A stretch of DNA of 62,000 nucleotides from Octopus vulgaris. Its lineage: Eukaryota. The stretch is taken from contig OX597824.1 in assembly GCA_951406725.2 (NCBI GenBank), forward strand, positions 32,322,001-32,384,000, read 5' to 3'. A program made the translations under genes and the position numbers. Positions 38,551-50,829 of the stretch are shown in pieces. How positions within the stretch are numbered: position 1 is the stretch's first letter; the number at the start of each line of letters is the position of its first letter. The notes beneath the pieces were generated by a model. That model saw nothing but the letters and a program-made list of their open reading frames with translations. It did no database searches and was not told the DNA's origin.

Positions 38551-39031
38551 TATATGCTTAACCACTAAATCTACAAGTTTTTTTCATTCTTCCTCTGTTT
38601 ATTTTCTCTTATTCCTTTCTGTTGAAGAGTGTTGGCTTGAAACATAAAAGACTTTTTCATTTTCCTGAGCATCAAACTAATACACTTGTTCGTTGTTCCT
38701 ACACCTGTCTTCATCTTTTGTTTTTCTATAAATTTTCTATATAATTTCTATATATATGTATGTTTGTGGTTTTCCCTTTGTCTTACTCCTCTCATCCAAG
38801 GTTATGTTTTTAGCAAAAAATATGAGAAACATTATCATTTTCTGTATAAAACCCGAAAACTTGAAAGCCACATAAAATGCATATATAGACATTAACGAAC
38901 TGTTTGTACACATTTCCCAGCCACTTATATTCATGCATAGTCTGCTTGTGCTCTGTTGTTCAAATTTTACCTTTTTGGGTGAATATAATTTTCTTCAGAA
39001 AAAATTTTTTATTCAATTTGTAAATTTAGAA

Positions 39032-39285
39032 CAATGGTTCTCAACAATTTTTTGCTTACAGACACCATTGATTTCTATTTTACTCAGAAGAGACACCCTC
39101 ATAGCTGTTTGATGTCTAAAATCTCCTATTATATTTTTATGATTAAATATTAAGATTTATATTACAAAATTTTTAAACATTTTGTGTAATTGTAGAAATA
39201 TAACAATTTTATTGTACATAAATTTGAACAACCAAATTTCATATGGACCTTGAAGGGCCATATAAACCCAAATTGAGAACCACTG
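39032..39285. mobile_element. hAT (Charlie-like) MITE
   Basis: TIRs caatggttctcaa / ttgagaaccactg; 8-bp TSD atttagaa / atttagag. Confidence 0.6.
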
Positions 39286-39455
39286 ATTTAGAGAGCAGCT
39301 TATATACAGGATACTCCACTGTATTTAATGATTAAAATCCATTTTTGTGAGCTGCATTAAAAATAGGTACAAAACTAGACATATAATACAAGAATGTTTT
39401 AGATTGTAGGGGACACAAAATAAAATCAAAATTGAATATTAATTTATTTCATTAC

Positions 39456-39617
39456 CGTGGATCATTGGGTGAGTGTTCAGAAAGATTAGTCAATAAGACT
39501 GCCATGGTGAAACCAATATCCTTTGCTGGATTATGGAAACGCTCAGTAAATTCATCATAATCAACTTTTCCATCCTGGTCCACATCGACACACATCATGA
39601 TGTAATCAATCTCCTCG
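39456..39617 (-). CDS. RyR: RyR exon, EF-hand 2: EEIDYIMMCVDVDQDGKVDYDEFTERFHNPAKDIGFTMAVLLTNLSEHSPNDP(R)
   Basis: 162 nt, phase 2-2; in ORF 39452-39703. Confidence 0.97.
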
Positions 39618-40340
39618 CTACAAAAACAGCCACAATGAAATATTTTATCATAATAAAACCATATTGCAAAATGGCGGAAAAGTATATCATCGCAAAAATA
39701 CAAAAATATAATTGGAAATATTTGAAGAATATTTTCATTGAGAAATACTTTAAAATATCAATAAAATTCTATTGAATTTTATACAGATATTTTCTATTTA
39801 TCCAATATGAAATTAACAACAACAATAGTAGAAACTTTTAAATATTTATACATATTTTCAAGAAAATAAACGCTGAAATGTTAATTTTCTTTGTTATAAG
39901 TTTATGTTAACATTGGGCAGGAATATTTTTTTCCTATCTTTTCACTGATACAAAATGATCTTAATCATTGTTCAGATTGCAAATTAATGATTATGGAAAC
40001 TTGGCATCACAAAATAACCAAACTAATCTTAATTAATTAGTAAGATCTAACAAAGCTTTAAGTTCAATAATCAATTATTGATATTATTACATACAAATAT
40101 GGTTTAATAGCATTATATAACATTTATTCATTATTGTCCATAATGAATAATGAGAAAGCAAGTTATTCAGAAATATATATGATAGATACATAAATGTGTA
40201 TGGATATTCACACTTTTCTCTTAAACATAAATACATAAATATAAACATATACTTAAGACTTTGCAATCAGAAATTTTTGGTGGTTTAGTTAATATTAACA
40301 ATAAAAAATTAAAGTAAATTCTTATCAAGAAAAGATAAAA

Positions 40341-40342
<2 letters not shown>

Positions 40343-40416
<74 letters not shown>

Positions 40417-40506
40417 ATATGTATGTATGTGTATGTATATATATATACATGCATACACATGTCATATATATATACATATATATACACATACGTATATAGA
40501 TACATG

Positions 40507-40547
<41 letters not shown>

Positions 40548-40735
40548 ATATATATATATACATACATACATACACATATCATATATACATACATATATAG
40601 ATACATGTATGTATTTATATATATATATATACATACATATAAATACATATATATACAAACATATATGCATATATATATATATATATATATACATACATGC
40701 ATATATATATATATATACACATAAATATACATGCA

Positions 40736-40777
<42 letters not shown>

Positions 40778-41026
40778 CACACACATACATACATATATAT
40801 GCATACATACATATACATATATATATATATATATATACACACACATACATACATATATATGCATACATACATAAATATATTTATTTATATACATAATACA
40901 TACATACATACATAAATATATTTATTTATATACATAATACATACATACATACATATATATATATATATACATAATACATAAATACATACATATATATATA
41001 TATATACATAATACATAAATACATAC

Positions 41027-41060
<34 letters not shown>
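40343..41060. repeat. Compound (TA)/(CA)/(TACA) microsatellite, about 700 bp
   Basis: Direct reading; source of many spurious YI/CV ORFs. Confidence 0.95.
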
Positions 41061-41061
<1 letters not shown>

Positions 41062-43569
41062 TTTATCATTTATCAACTTGATTGTATATATATATATATA
41101 TACAATCAAGTTGATAAATGATAGGATACACACCAAGGGATTCCTGTAATTTTTATCATGAGAATAAAATAATTTAAACAAATTATATTATAAAAGACTG
41201 AACCATATATATCATATATAAAATCTCTTGGTAAAGTAGCATCTAATAACCAGAAGTAATTCACAAAGTAGTTAATAACATTGAACAATAATGTTTATAA
41301 TTAACAATAAAATATTTAGAACAAATAAGGCATTTTTTTAGTGTCATTGATAAACAGTGTCAATATAGTAACATGTAAACATATGTAAAAAACAAATGTA
41401 AACAGATGATGTTTGTTAATGGTGCCAAGCACATACACACACAGAGAGAGGCAAGGATTTGAAAGTGCTAAAAGGAGATAAAGAAATGAAAAAAGAAGAC
41501 AAAAAACAGAAAAGAATCTATTAAAAAAAATAAACTAAATATTTAATATCTATTTAGATATGAAATTTCATATAACATTATAAAACATCACATTAGATAA
41601 GGATATAGAAATAAATATATTTTGAGTTCGTTTATGATATCAGATAAAAGAAAAAAAAACATGAACAATGAGGATAATGAAATGACATGTGCAACTTGTG
41701 TTGATGATCAATCTAAAATTGGTTATCAAAATAATTCAGTTGGGTAAAGTATTAAGATAATATGAAAGGTTAATTTAACTGTTCCAGCAAGTAAATACAT
41801 TTCTTCCAACTAAAACAAACAGCTTAATATTCTAATTACTGTACTGGCGCTCAATCCATTAAAACAACGAGGGTTCAAGTGGAACAGTGAAATTAATGTG
41901 CAAGTAGCTGAGCACGCCACAGACATGTGTACCCCTGACATAGTTTTCAGGGAGATTCAGTGTGATACAGAAAGTGACAAGGCTGGCCCTTTGAATTACA
42001 GATGCAACTCATTTTTGCCAGCTGAGTGGACTGGAGCAACATGAAAAGAAGTGTCTTGCTCAAGGACATTTTGCATTGCCAGGAATTGAACTCACGACCA
42101 TACAATCATGAACCGAATACCCTAACCTTCTAATTCCTGTAGCTAAAAGACACAAAAATATATTAGATGCACTTCAGTTTCAGTAGCGTTATATTCAGGA
42201 AAAAAGATATTTAGTGCATTAAAACATGTAATATAGGCCCAACTTAGCATACAGGACCTGCAGCAATTTTTAAAGATTTTTTTTTTGAGAAAAAGAGATT
42301 TCTTATACATCATCACATATGGTGTTTGAATTTTCAAATGGATTAGTAACAAAAAAAAAAAGAAAGAAACCCTTTTGATACCAGCCTGGTTGACTGTCTT
42401 CGGGTTTATGATATAAAACATCTTGTTGCAGAATATCTATATTTACATTAAAATCTTCCATCATAATTTATATGAGAACCCTTTTTTAAGTTATATTTTT
42501 AAATACTATGCAAGCGATGAGATCATCAGCTATTTTAATAAAACTTCTTCAAAATCTTCATTATTATCTAAATTAATTGAAACATTTGCACAACATGTCC
42601 CTTAAGAAATATAGCCATGAAGGTCTAAAAACAGAGTTGGACTAAAAATAAATCTAAAAATATTTGAATATTTTGATACATAAAACTGATATAAATTATT
42701 ACTTCACTGATATCACACTTTGCTGATATATTTGACTGATATCATAACTGAATTGAATGATATAATTGCTTAAAATTTTGTAAGCAATCTATTTTTATCA
42801 ATTCTTAGAGAAGTAGATACCTGAATCAAACTCTTTCAAGATATAGTAGTTAGAAATGTCAACAAGTGTTTCAGAGGTAAAAAAATAAAACAGCAGTTCT
42901 ATTGTTATTTACACTGCTTTCCAGACCAATACCAATAAAATTGTTGAGAATTTCTTTGTTGTAAAGATGTTTGATATTGATCCTTACTTACTTCCTTTAA
43001 TAAAATAATAAACAAGCAAAACCTGATCAGGTGTATTGTCCAGTGCAACAGTGATGTGTGATCGATGTAAACATCTGAATAATGGAGAAGAGAGAGAAAG
43101 AAGGAGAGAGAGAAAGGTTAAGAGAGGAAGGGGAAATATAAATAATGATGAGAGTTACATGGGAGAGATGAAAAAGAGATGAGAAAGAAATAGAGAGGGG
43201 AGGAGGAGAAAGACAAGGTGAGAGACAGAGACAGACAAAGAGAGAATGAATGAGAAAGGGCATACATGTTACATGGTTGGAAACTTATTGTAAAATTTTT
43301 ATTTATTTTTATTTCTTCATCATATAACAGATTTATATGAAAAACCTTAGAAATCTGGGCATTCTCCTTCTCTTTGTTGCTGTCATCATCATCATCATCA
43401 TTATTTCATTTTGGTTTTTCATGCAAGCAAGGGTTGAATGGATTATCATAGTTCAAGTAAATCCACATTTTGAGGTTACTGACCATCTCCCCAAGACAGA
43501 GTGGAGGGCCACCTTTTGCTTGTATATTCCATTTTCTTAACATGGTCTCTATTGCATGAGCCCTTTTTG

Positions 43570-43850
43570 CCCTAACCTCTTTACACACACATCAGAACGA
43601 GGTGCCAATGCATAGTGTCAAAAATCCCAATATTGCCACCAAGACACAGATTCTGCAACAGCTTGGATTTCAAGGGCTCACAGCTCTTCAATATTCACCC
43701 CCAAAATCCTGAGAGTACCTGCATGCTGTGGATACAGGTGTCATCAAAACAGAACTGGATTTCCTCCTGTCAAGAGTTCTGGATGAGCTTACTTCACAGC
43801 AGGAAATACAGATGAGGACTGCAGCATCAAACTCACTTCATTCTCATTCA
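43570..43850 (+). mobile_element. CR1/L2-group LINE 3' fragment
   Basis: RFCNSLDFKGSQLFNI.. and frameshifted FKTELDFLLSRVLDE..RTAASNSL. Confidence 0.5.
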
Positions 43851-45326
43851 TCAAATTTCATATCAAATTCCACATGTCAGAAGTGGTTTCAAATAGTGAA
43901 GGTGTAGCAATGCTAACAGTGGTGGCCTAACAGGGCTGTAGCTCTTGAGCTGGAACTAGTTAAATTTATTCCAGTACTAAAGACACAGTCATGCTTTTGA
44001 TAAAGTGAAAGTATTCTCTGAGGACTCTATATTCATCATCATCATCATCATCGTTAAATGTCCGCTTTCCATGCTAGCATGGGTTGGACGATTCAACTGG
44101 GGTCTGGGAAGCTAGAAGGCTGCACCAGGCCCAGTCTGATCTGGCAGTGTTTCTACGGCTGGATGCCCTTCCTAACGCCAACCACTCCGTGAGTGTAGTA
44201 GGTTCTTTTTACGTGCCACCAGCACAGGTGCCATACGAGGCTGGCAAACGGCCAAGATCGGATGGTGCTTTTTACGTGCCACCGGCACAGAGACCAGACG
44301 AAGCTGGCAACAGCCACGATCGGATGGTGCTTTTTACGTGCCACCAGCACAGAGGCCAGTCAGGGCAGCTCTGGCTACAGCCATGTTCGGACGGTTTTCT
44401 TACGTGCCACAGCTACAAATTCCATTGATGTTGATTGATTAAGATTTTGATTTGTCCCTGTTTATACACTGACTATTTTAACTGGGTGTACTGGATACAT
44501 TTTAACATGGCATCACTGCTAGAGAGGCTACTTTTTACCTTACAAGATTAAAGAGTTCTCTTGATTTTACATTCTCTCCTTTCATTCAACTCAAATAAGA
44601 TTGAGTGGGTGAATTGAAGAGTGGGTGATGGTAGAGCGATAGCTATCATGGGAGGGAGAAGGAAGAGTGAGAGAATGAGTAGGGGGGAGAGACTGACAGG
44701 AGCAGAAAATGAGACAGTGATGAGCAGCAATACACGTTGGCTGTTAATGATTAATATTTGAAACCCTAGAATAACAAGTTAAATTAATTAGGTATTAATT
44801 ATGATCATTGATTCACCAGATTAATTTCAAAGCACCCAACACAAAATTCAGCAAATCTAAATACTATAATTAAATAACAACTTTAATAAAACAATTAATT
44901 AATAAAACCACTCAATAAACTTCAAAAATATTTAAAACATTTTTTTCTCAAAAATCTATTTTATTTTGTTTGAAAAGCAAAGAAAATTTTTGGAAAAAAT
45001 CACATTTTTTAAATTTCAACTTTCTTCTTGTTTTGTCATGCAAACTAATAGAGCAAGCACTGAATTCCATTCTACATTGTCTTGTTTTTTTTTTGTTTTT
45101 TTGATACGGCAATAGAAGTAACTGTAGCAGGAACTACACTCTAAAAACAAATATGAGAGCAGATAGCAACAATTGTAAAAAAAAAAATCAACAAAAGTTT
45201 GTAGTAGTAGTAGTAGTTGTAGTAGTAATAGTAGTAGTAGTGGTGCTAGTAGTCATGGAAACAGCAACAGAAGAATTTTTTTTAACTTTATTTTTTTTCT
45301 TATTTCTTACATGCTTTTTGACTTAC

Positions 45327-45406
45327 TTAGAATACACTTTTTGCTGTTCCATTGCATTACGGAATTCTTTGAGGGATACGGTGCCATCTTGATTAGCATC
45401 AAATTC
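45327..45406 (-). CDS. RyR: RyR EF-hand 1 exon, variant B: EFDANQDGTVSLKEFRNAMEQQKVYS(N)
   Basis: 80 nt, phase 0-2; acceptor cctttcatttgcctctgccctatcag, consensus donor gtaagt; canonical EF loop D-A-N-Q-D-G-T-V-S-L-K-E. Confidence 0.92.
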
Positions 45407-45494
45407 CTGATAGGGCAGAGGCAAATGAAAGGTAATAATTGATAACTAAGCAGGACAGCTAAAATTGATGAAGACATTTCCAGCAAAATAGAGC

Positions 45495-45516
45495 AATAAT
45501 AATAATGATAATAATG

Positions 45517-45580
<64 letters not shown>

Positions 45581-45612
45581 TAATAATAATAAAAGGAATA
45601 ATAATGATAAAA
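45495..45612. repeat. (AAT)n microsatellite (others 31718-31768, 35095-35155, 47960-48135)
   Basis: Direct reading. Confidence 0.95.
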
Positions 45613-47076
45613 AAAGAAATTATAAAACTTGTGGAATAAAAACAGAACAAGAAATTAAAAAAACAAACAAAATCTCAAATGAATACTGAGAAAATGGTGA
45701 TGTATACAAATTGTATTGTACAGATGAAAACTTGAGAAATTCTAACCATAACCTGCTAAAAACAGAAGTGAACCTTCCCTCAAATCACACCCTACTATCT
45801 TTAAAAAAATGATATTTTAATAAACATTTCAGTGAAAGTACTAATGTGGCAGTAATGTAACAAAAGTTGCGAATCATAAGTAGACATCGTATACAGGAGA
45901 TAGTACTACATGTATTATAAATGGAAAATGCTGAGTGAAAATGGTGTGAGAAGAAAAACTAGTTCTAACAATGATGGGATATGATAAAGGAGGAGAAAAC
46001 AAGAGGTATGGCATAAGACTATTGTACATCTGTCTGAACCATACTAACCATACTATTAAAATGAGGATAAGGATGATAACTTATAAAAATTAATATAATT
46101 CTAAAACTGCATTTACTAAGAGACTCTCAGTTAAAACCCAAGATATTTAGGCTATACCATAAAACTTCTAAAAGCTAATCAAGTTAGAGACTAAAATGTT
46201 GATTAAAATGTTGATTGAGTAAGAAAATATTCAAGCTTTTCTGATGTAGATTTTCCCTTCTCTACAAAACTTAAACCAAATGAGTCAAGAAATTTACTAT
46301 TTCATTGAAGCTAAATATATTTGTGACCATTTGTTCGTGTTTCCTATGTCAATAGAAAAGAAAAACATCTTCCTAAGAAGAAAAACAATGGAAGATACAG
46401 TTAATCAATCTAAAAATATTGCGATCACATGACCGGCCAGGCAATCAGATGTTTCATATTGCAGGTTACAATGTGTTTTGCATCGTTTTAGCCATCAAAT
46501 GATTCCACCCCATTGGCTAGGTGAACAGGCCAACTTTCCCCTCCGGTTGAAAGGGACACTGGAGCAACAAGAAATGAAGTGTTTTGCTCAAGAACACAAA
46601 ACATTGCTTGATCTAGGAATTGAACCCAAGATTTAGCAATTGTAAGTGCAACCTATTTTAGAGGTATTTGTTTTGTCCTCTCCATATAATAGCTAATATT
46701 TTATTTGAATCACTTAATGTTGCTGAGAATGAAATCTTAAATTAAAAGGTATGCTAAGTGCAATAATGGCATAATCAATAGTGACACAACTATTGTAATA
46801 TTAGTTTCAAATTTTCGAATAAAGCTAGCAATTTTGGTGTGGAAGTGTATGTAAGTAGTGGCAACTGGAATTTATTTTATCGACCTCGAAAAGATGAAAG
46901 GTAAAGTTGGCCTCAGTGGAATTTGAACTCAGAATGTAATGAAGGACGAAATGCCACTAAGCATTTTGCCTGGAACACTAATAGTTCTGTCAGTTTGCTG
47001 CCTTCACGCAACTATTGTAATATTGTCATTGTCATCATTATGTCTGTGACACAAAGACTTTGATAACAACAATAGT

Positions 47077-47274
47077 ATTGTTCTATATTTAAGAGATAAG
47101 GAATTATGTACATTATTTACATTATTTACATTTGACAGATATTTGTTCTCATCTTGTTTGTTGTTAACACAAAGTTTCGGTTGATATACCCTCCAACCTT
47201 CATCAGGTGTCTTGGAGAAATTTCAAACCTGGGTTCTCATTCCTAAGGTATTTTTGGATGTTATCATTGTTATT

Positions 47275-47305
<31 letters not shown>

Positions 47306-47340
47306 TTATTATCCAACTCGGAATCTTGGGGTTAGTAGCC
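47077..47340 (-). mobile_element. SINE-like family F (tRNA-like head, (AAT)n, hammerhead-like tail), left arm of inverted pair
   Basis: Reverse complement matches 47368-47612 and 47880-48275. Confidence 0.8.
47166..47211 (-). ncRNA. Hammerhead-like motif in family F, sense to RyR pre-mRNA
   Basis: GACAC CTGATGA A GGTTG gagggtatat CAACC GAAACTTT GTGTT; stem III degenerate. Confidence 0.45.
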
Positions 47341-47367
47341 CATGCTTTTAACCCCAAGATTCCAGTG

Positions 47368-47612
47368 GACTACTAACCCCAAGGTTCTGAGTTCGATTCC
47401 AGGTAGTGACCTGAATAATAATAATAATAACATTGAAAAATACCTTAGGAATGAGAACCCAGGTTCGAAATTTCTCCAAGATACCTGATGAAGGCTGGAG
47501 GGTATGTCAGCTGAAACGTGTTAGCAACAAACAAGATGATGACAAATATCTGTCAAATGTAAATAATGTAAATAATGTACATAATTCTCCTCATCTCTTA
47601 AATATAGGACTG
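47368..47612 (+). mobile_element. SINE-like family F, right arm of inverted pair
   Basis: gagttcgattcc B-box, taccttaggaatgagaaccc, ctgatga..gaaac. Confidence 0.8.
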
Positions 47613-47879
47613 TATTATCTAATCGGTACGGAGCTGACATTAGACTTCAATGGAGACATATAGAGAAGCTCCATCAAAAACTAGCTCATCTTTCAAACCA
47701 TCTAATTTTCTTGTGTAGATGAAGAGACTTAAATCTAATACCACCTGGCTTGAATATAATGACACCAGTGGATTCATATAAAGCTAGAGGAGTAGCAGAA
47801 AGGGCAGGACATATCCTTGAACATATCCTTGACTGTGAGAGGAACCATTACAACCATTGGAAAAAACATCAACTAAATG

Positions 47880-47984
47880 CCCATGGGCATATGGCATAGT
47901 GGTTAAGAGTGCGGGCTACCAACCCCAAGATTCCGAGTTTGCTTCCAAGCAGTAACTTGAATAATAATAATAATAATAATAATA

Positions 47985-48037
<53 letters not shown>

Positions 48038-48077
48038 AATAATAATAATAACAATAATAATAATAATAATAATAATG

Positions 48078-48133
<56 letters not shown>

Positions 48134-48275
48134 ATTAGAAATACCTTAGGAATGAGAACCCAGATTTGAAATTTCCCCAAGACACCTGATGGAGGCTGGA
48201 GGGTATATCAGCCGAAACGTGTTAACAACAAACAAGATGAAGACAAATATCCATCAAATATAAATGATGTAAATA
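47880..48275 (+). mobile_element. SINE-like family F, third copy with expanded (AAT)/(GAT) tract
   Basis: Head atggcatagtggttaagagtgcgggctacc; same 3' body. Confidence 0.8.
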
Positions 48276-50151
48276 TGAACAATAGTATCATTGGTGATAA
48301 ATATGAAACTTAATATTGCTTCTGATGAACCAATGATGAACTCTCTATATGGTCATTTGGTCTACCAAAAGTAGTAAATAAATCTTTAATATAATACCAT
48401 ATTCTCTTGAAAAAGAGAAATAACTCTTTTGATGATGTAGTTTAATGCTGATGGGGAGAGCATGACATTGATTATAGATTTACTAGTTTAGCAATACAGC
48501 TTCTGGTTATCAGAGTTGAATTCAGTACTGATACTTGATAAACACCCATTAATTGCAATGGAGAATTGTACCAGAGGTGCTGTAAGCTAATGGGTGTGCT
48601 GAGTGTCTTATTCACAGAAAGTGTAGCTCCAGGAAAAGATTATAGGCTGTTACTCCTTCAGCTTATTGACCATTATCTTACTGACTCGGTCATCTGTAAT
48701 TTTCAAAACTGAGTAAAGAACATGTGATATGTTTGTCAAAATTGTTTCATCACCTAGCTGATTGATTGATTGACTGACTGACCGAATGATCAATCAAACA
48801 ATTGATTAATTAATTGGTTAAATATTTAACCAATTGACCAAAGACAATGGCATCAAATTTTGGCACAGGGCCAGCAATTTTTAAGGGGAAGGGTAAGTTG
48901 ATTACATCGACTCCCAGAATTTGACTAGTGCTTATTTTATCGACTCCAAAAGGGTGGAAGGCAAAGTTAACTTCAGTGGAATTTGAACTCAGGATGTAAA
49001 GACAGACTAAATGCCACCAAGCATTGTCTGGCATGCTAACAATTCTGTCAGCTCACTGCCTTCACTTAACCAAAAGTAATAAAAGAAAAGAAAAAAAACT
49101 GAACCAGTGCAAGTAATATGGACCCTCTTGAGATACAACAAAATATGATAGTTTAGAATTCTTAAAAATGACTTGGTCAGATAAATGGTGTTTAGGGAGT
49201 TAATAACTGGCAAAGGTTATATTTACTACTCAGATATGTAGCCATGTTATAACTACTGTAATTATGATGATTTTAATGAAAATATTAATGTGGAAGATGA
49301 TAAGAATGATGATGGTGATGATAGTATTTGTATAGTAAAATACTCCATCTACTACAAAAAATACATTTTTGTTGACTGCCATAAATATTTTCGTTTCAAT
49401 TAGAATAATTACTTTTTCTATAAATATTTATCATACCTGTAAGACTAATTACACCAATATCATGAGTAAAATTTCCCTTCATTCCTTTATTTAAATATAT
49501 GTCTTTGAAAAACTAGTCATACACAAATGCTTACATTTTGTAATTTGGATAGTTTTCAGTTTGTAATGAAACACACGATTTTTTAATTCTTCATGCATAA
49601 AAAGAAATATATAAAAAATAAAATAAAAACAAACTATCAAATTGTATAGCACCAATGACAATAAACTATTTCAAAGCGACAGAATATTTCAAATGGTACA
49701 AAAACATTCAACATAAGGGTATAGGTTTGAGAGTTTGAAAATAAGAGATAAATCTATAAAATAAATAAATAAATATATAACGACTCAAAATAAAGCAGAA
49801 TATAGAATAGAAAAGGACATAAGTAAGCAGGAACAGATATCTGTTAATGAACAAATTAATTAATGAATAGTAAAAGGATATGCATTCGTTAAATAATAAA
49901 GAAAAGTACATTCAAGAATGAAATTATGTGGTGACTAGAATTCAAACCAAATGAAGAAGATGAAGACACAGAAAATTGACTGTTTGCTGGCACCAACTCA
50001 GGCAAAGAATATTAAAAAAGAATAATGTATATTTGAAGATATAGAAGATTGTACTGAAATCATGCACACCTCTATGCACATGTGTGTGTATGTGTGTTTG
50101 TGTATATATACATACATGTATATATATATATATATACATATGTATATATAT

Positions 50152-50182
<31 letters not shown>

Positions 50183-50296
50183 CATATATACATAAATATA
50201 TTTGCATAAATATATATTCATACATATATATATGTATATAACATTTATATGTATAATATATATATTGTATATAAATATATTTATAATTATGTGTAA

Positions 50297-50354
<58 letters not shown>

Positions 50355-50749
50355 TTTTTTGTTGTATGTTGTTAGTGTCTCCAATCAGTATTTGAAATTA
50401 AATTATAACAATATTTCTTAGGAAATATAAATCTAGTTTTTAAAAGTATTGGTTTAATCTGATTGCAAAATATTAATTTGTTAATTGTTAATCTTTCATT
50501 TATAGAAGAAATAAAAAACATTTCTCTTGAGTTAAATGTTGTTGAATAAATGAGTTGAAGTATTGAAAATATTCAATAATTCTGCCTTAATATAAATGGA
50601 GATACAACAACAAGAACTACAAAAAACAAAGACAACACAAGTTATTTTCCTCACCGTTACCAACAACACCATCATGTAATAATATAGCACTTTAGGGAAG
50701 GCATAGTGACCACGACTGGACAGTTATGTGTTAAAGCAATCATACACAC

Positions 50750-50829
50750 CGGCAGTACATTTTCTGTGATTCCATTAGTTGCCTGAATTCTTTCACTGAT
50801 ATGTAGCCATCCCGATTAGTATCATAGTC
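50750..50829 (-). CDS. RyR: RyR EF-hand 1 exon, variant A: DYDTNRDGYISVKEFRQLMESQKMYC(R)
   Basis: 80 nt, phase 0-2; acceptor accaaactatag, donor gtgtgt; canonical EF loop D-T-N-R-D-G-Y-I-S-V-K-E. Confidence 0.88.

Noticed and set aside
40221-40915. Long ORFs rich in YI/CV/HT (also 6.6-7.2, 17.4-17.8, 25.1-25.9, 49.9-50.4, 56.4-57.1 kb)
   Set aside because: Translations of TA, CA, GAA and AAT microsatellites, which lack stops in some frames
43023-43074. Minus-strand cryptic exon after a CT-rich tract between EF exon B and EF2
   Set aside because: Weak donor (gttttg), no EF similarity, breaks the frame; pyrimidine tract comes from a GA-rich simple repeat
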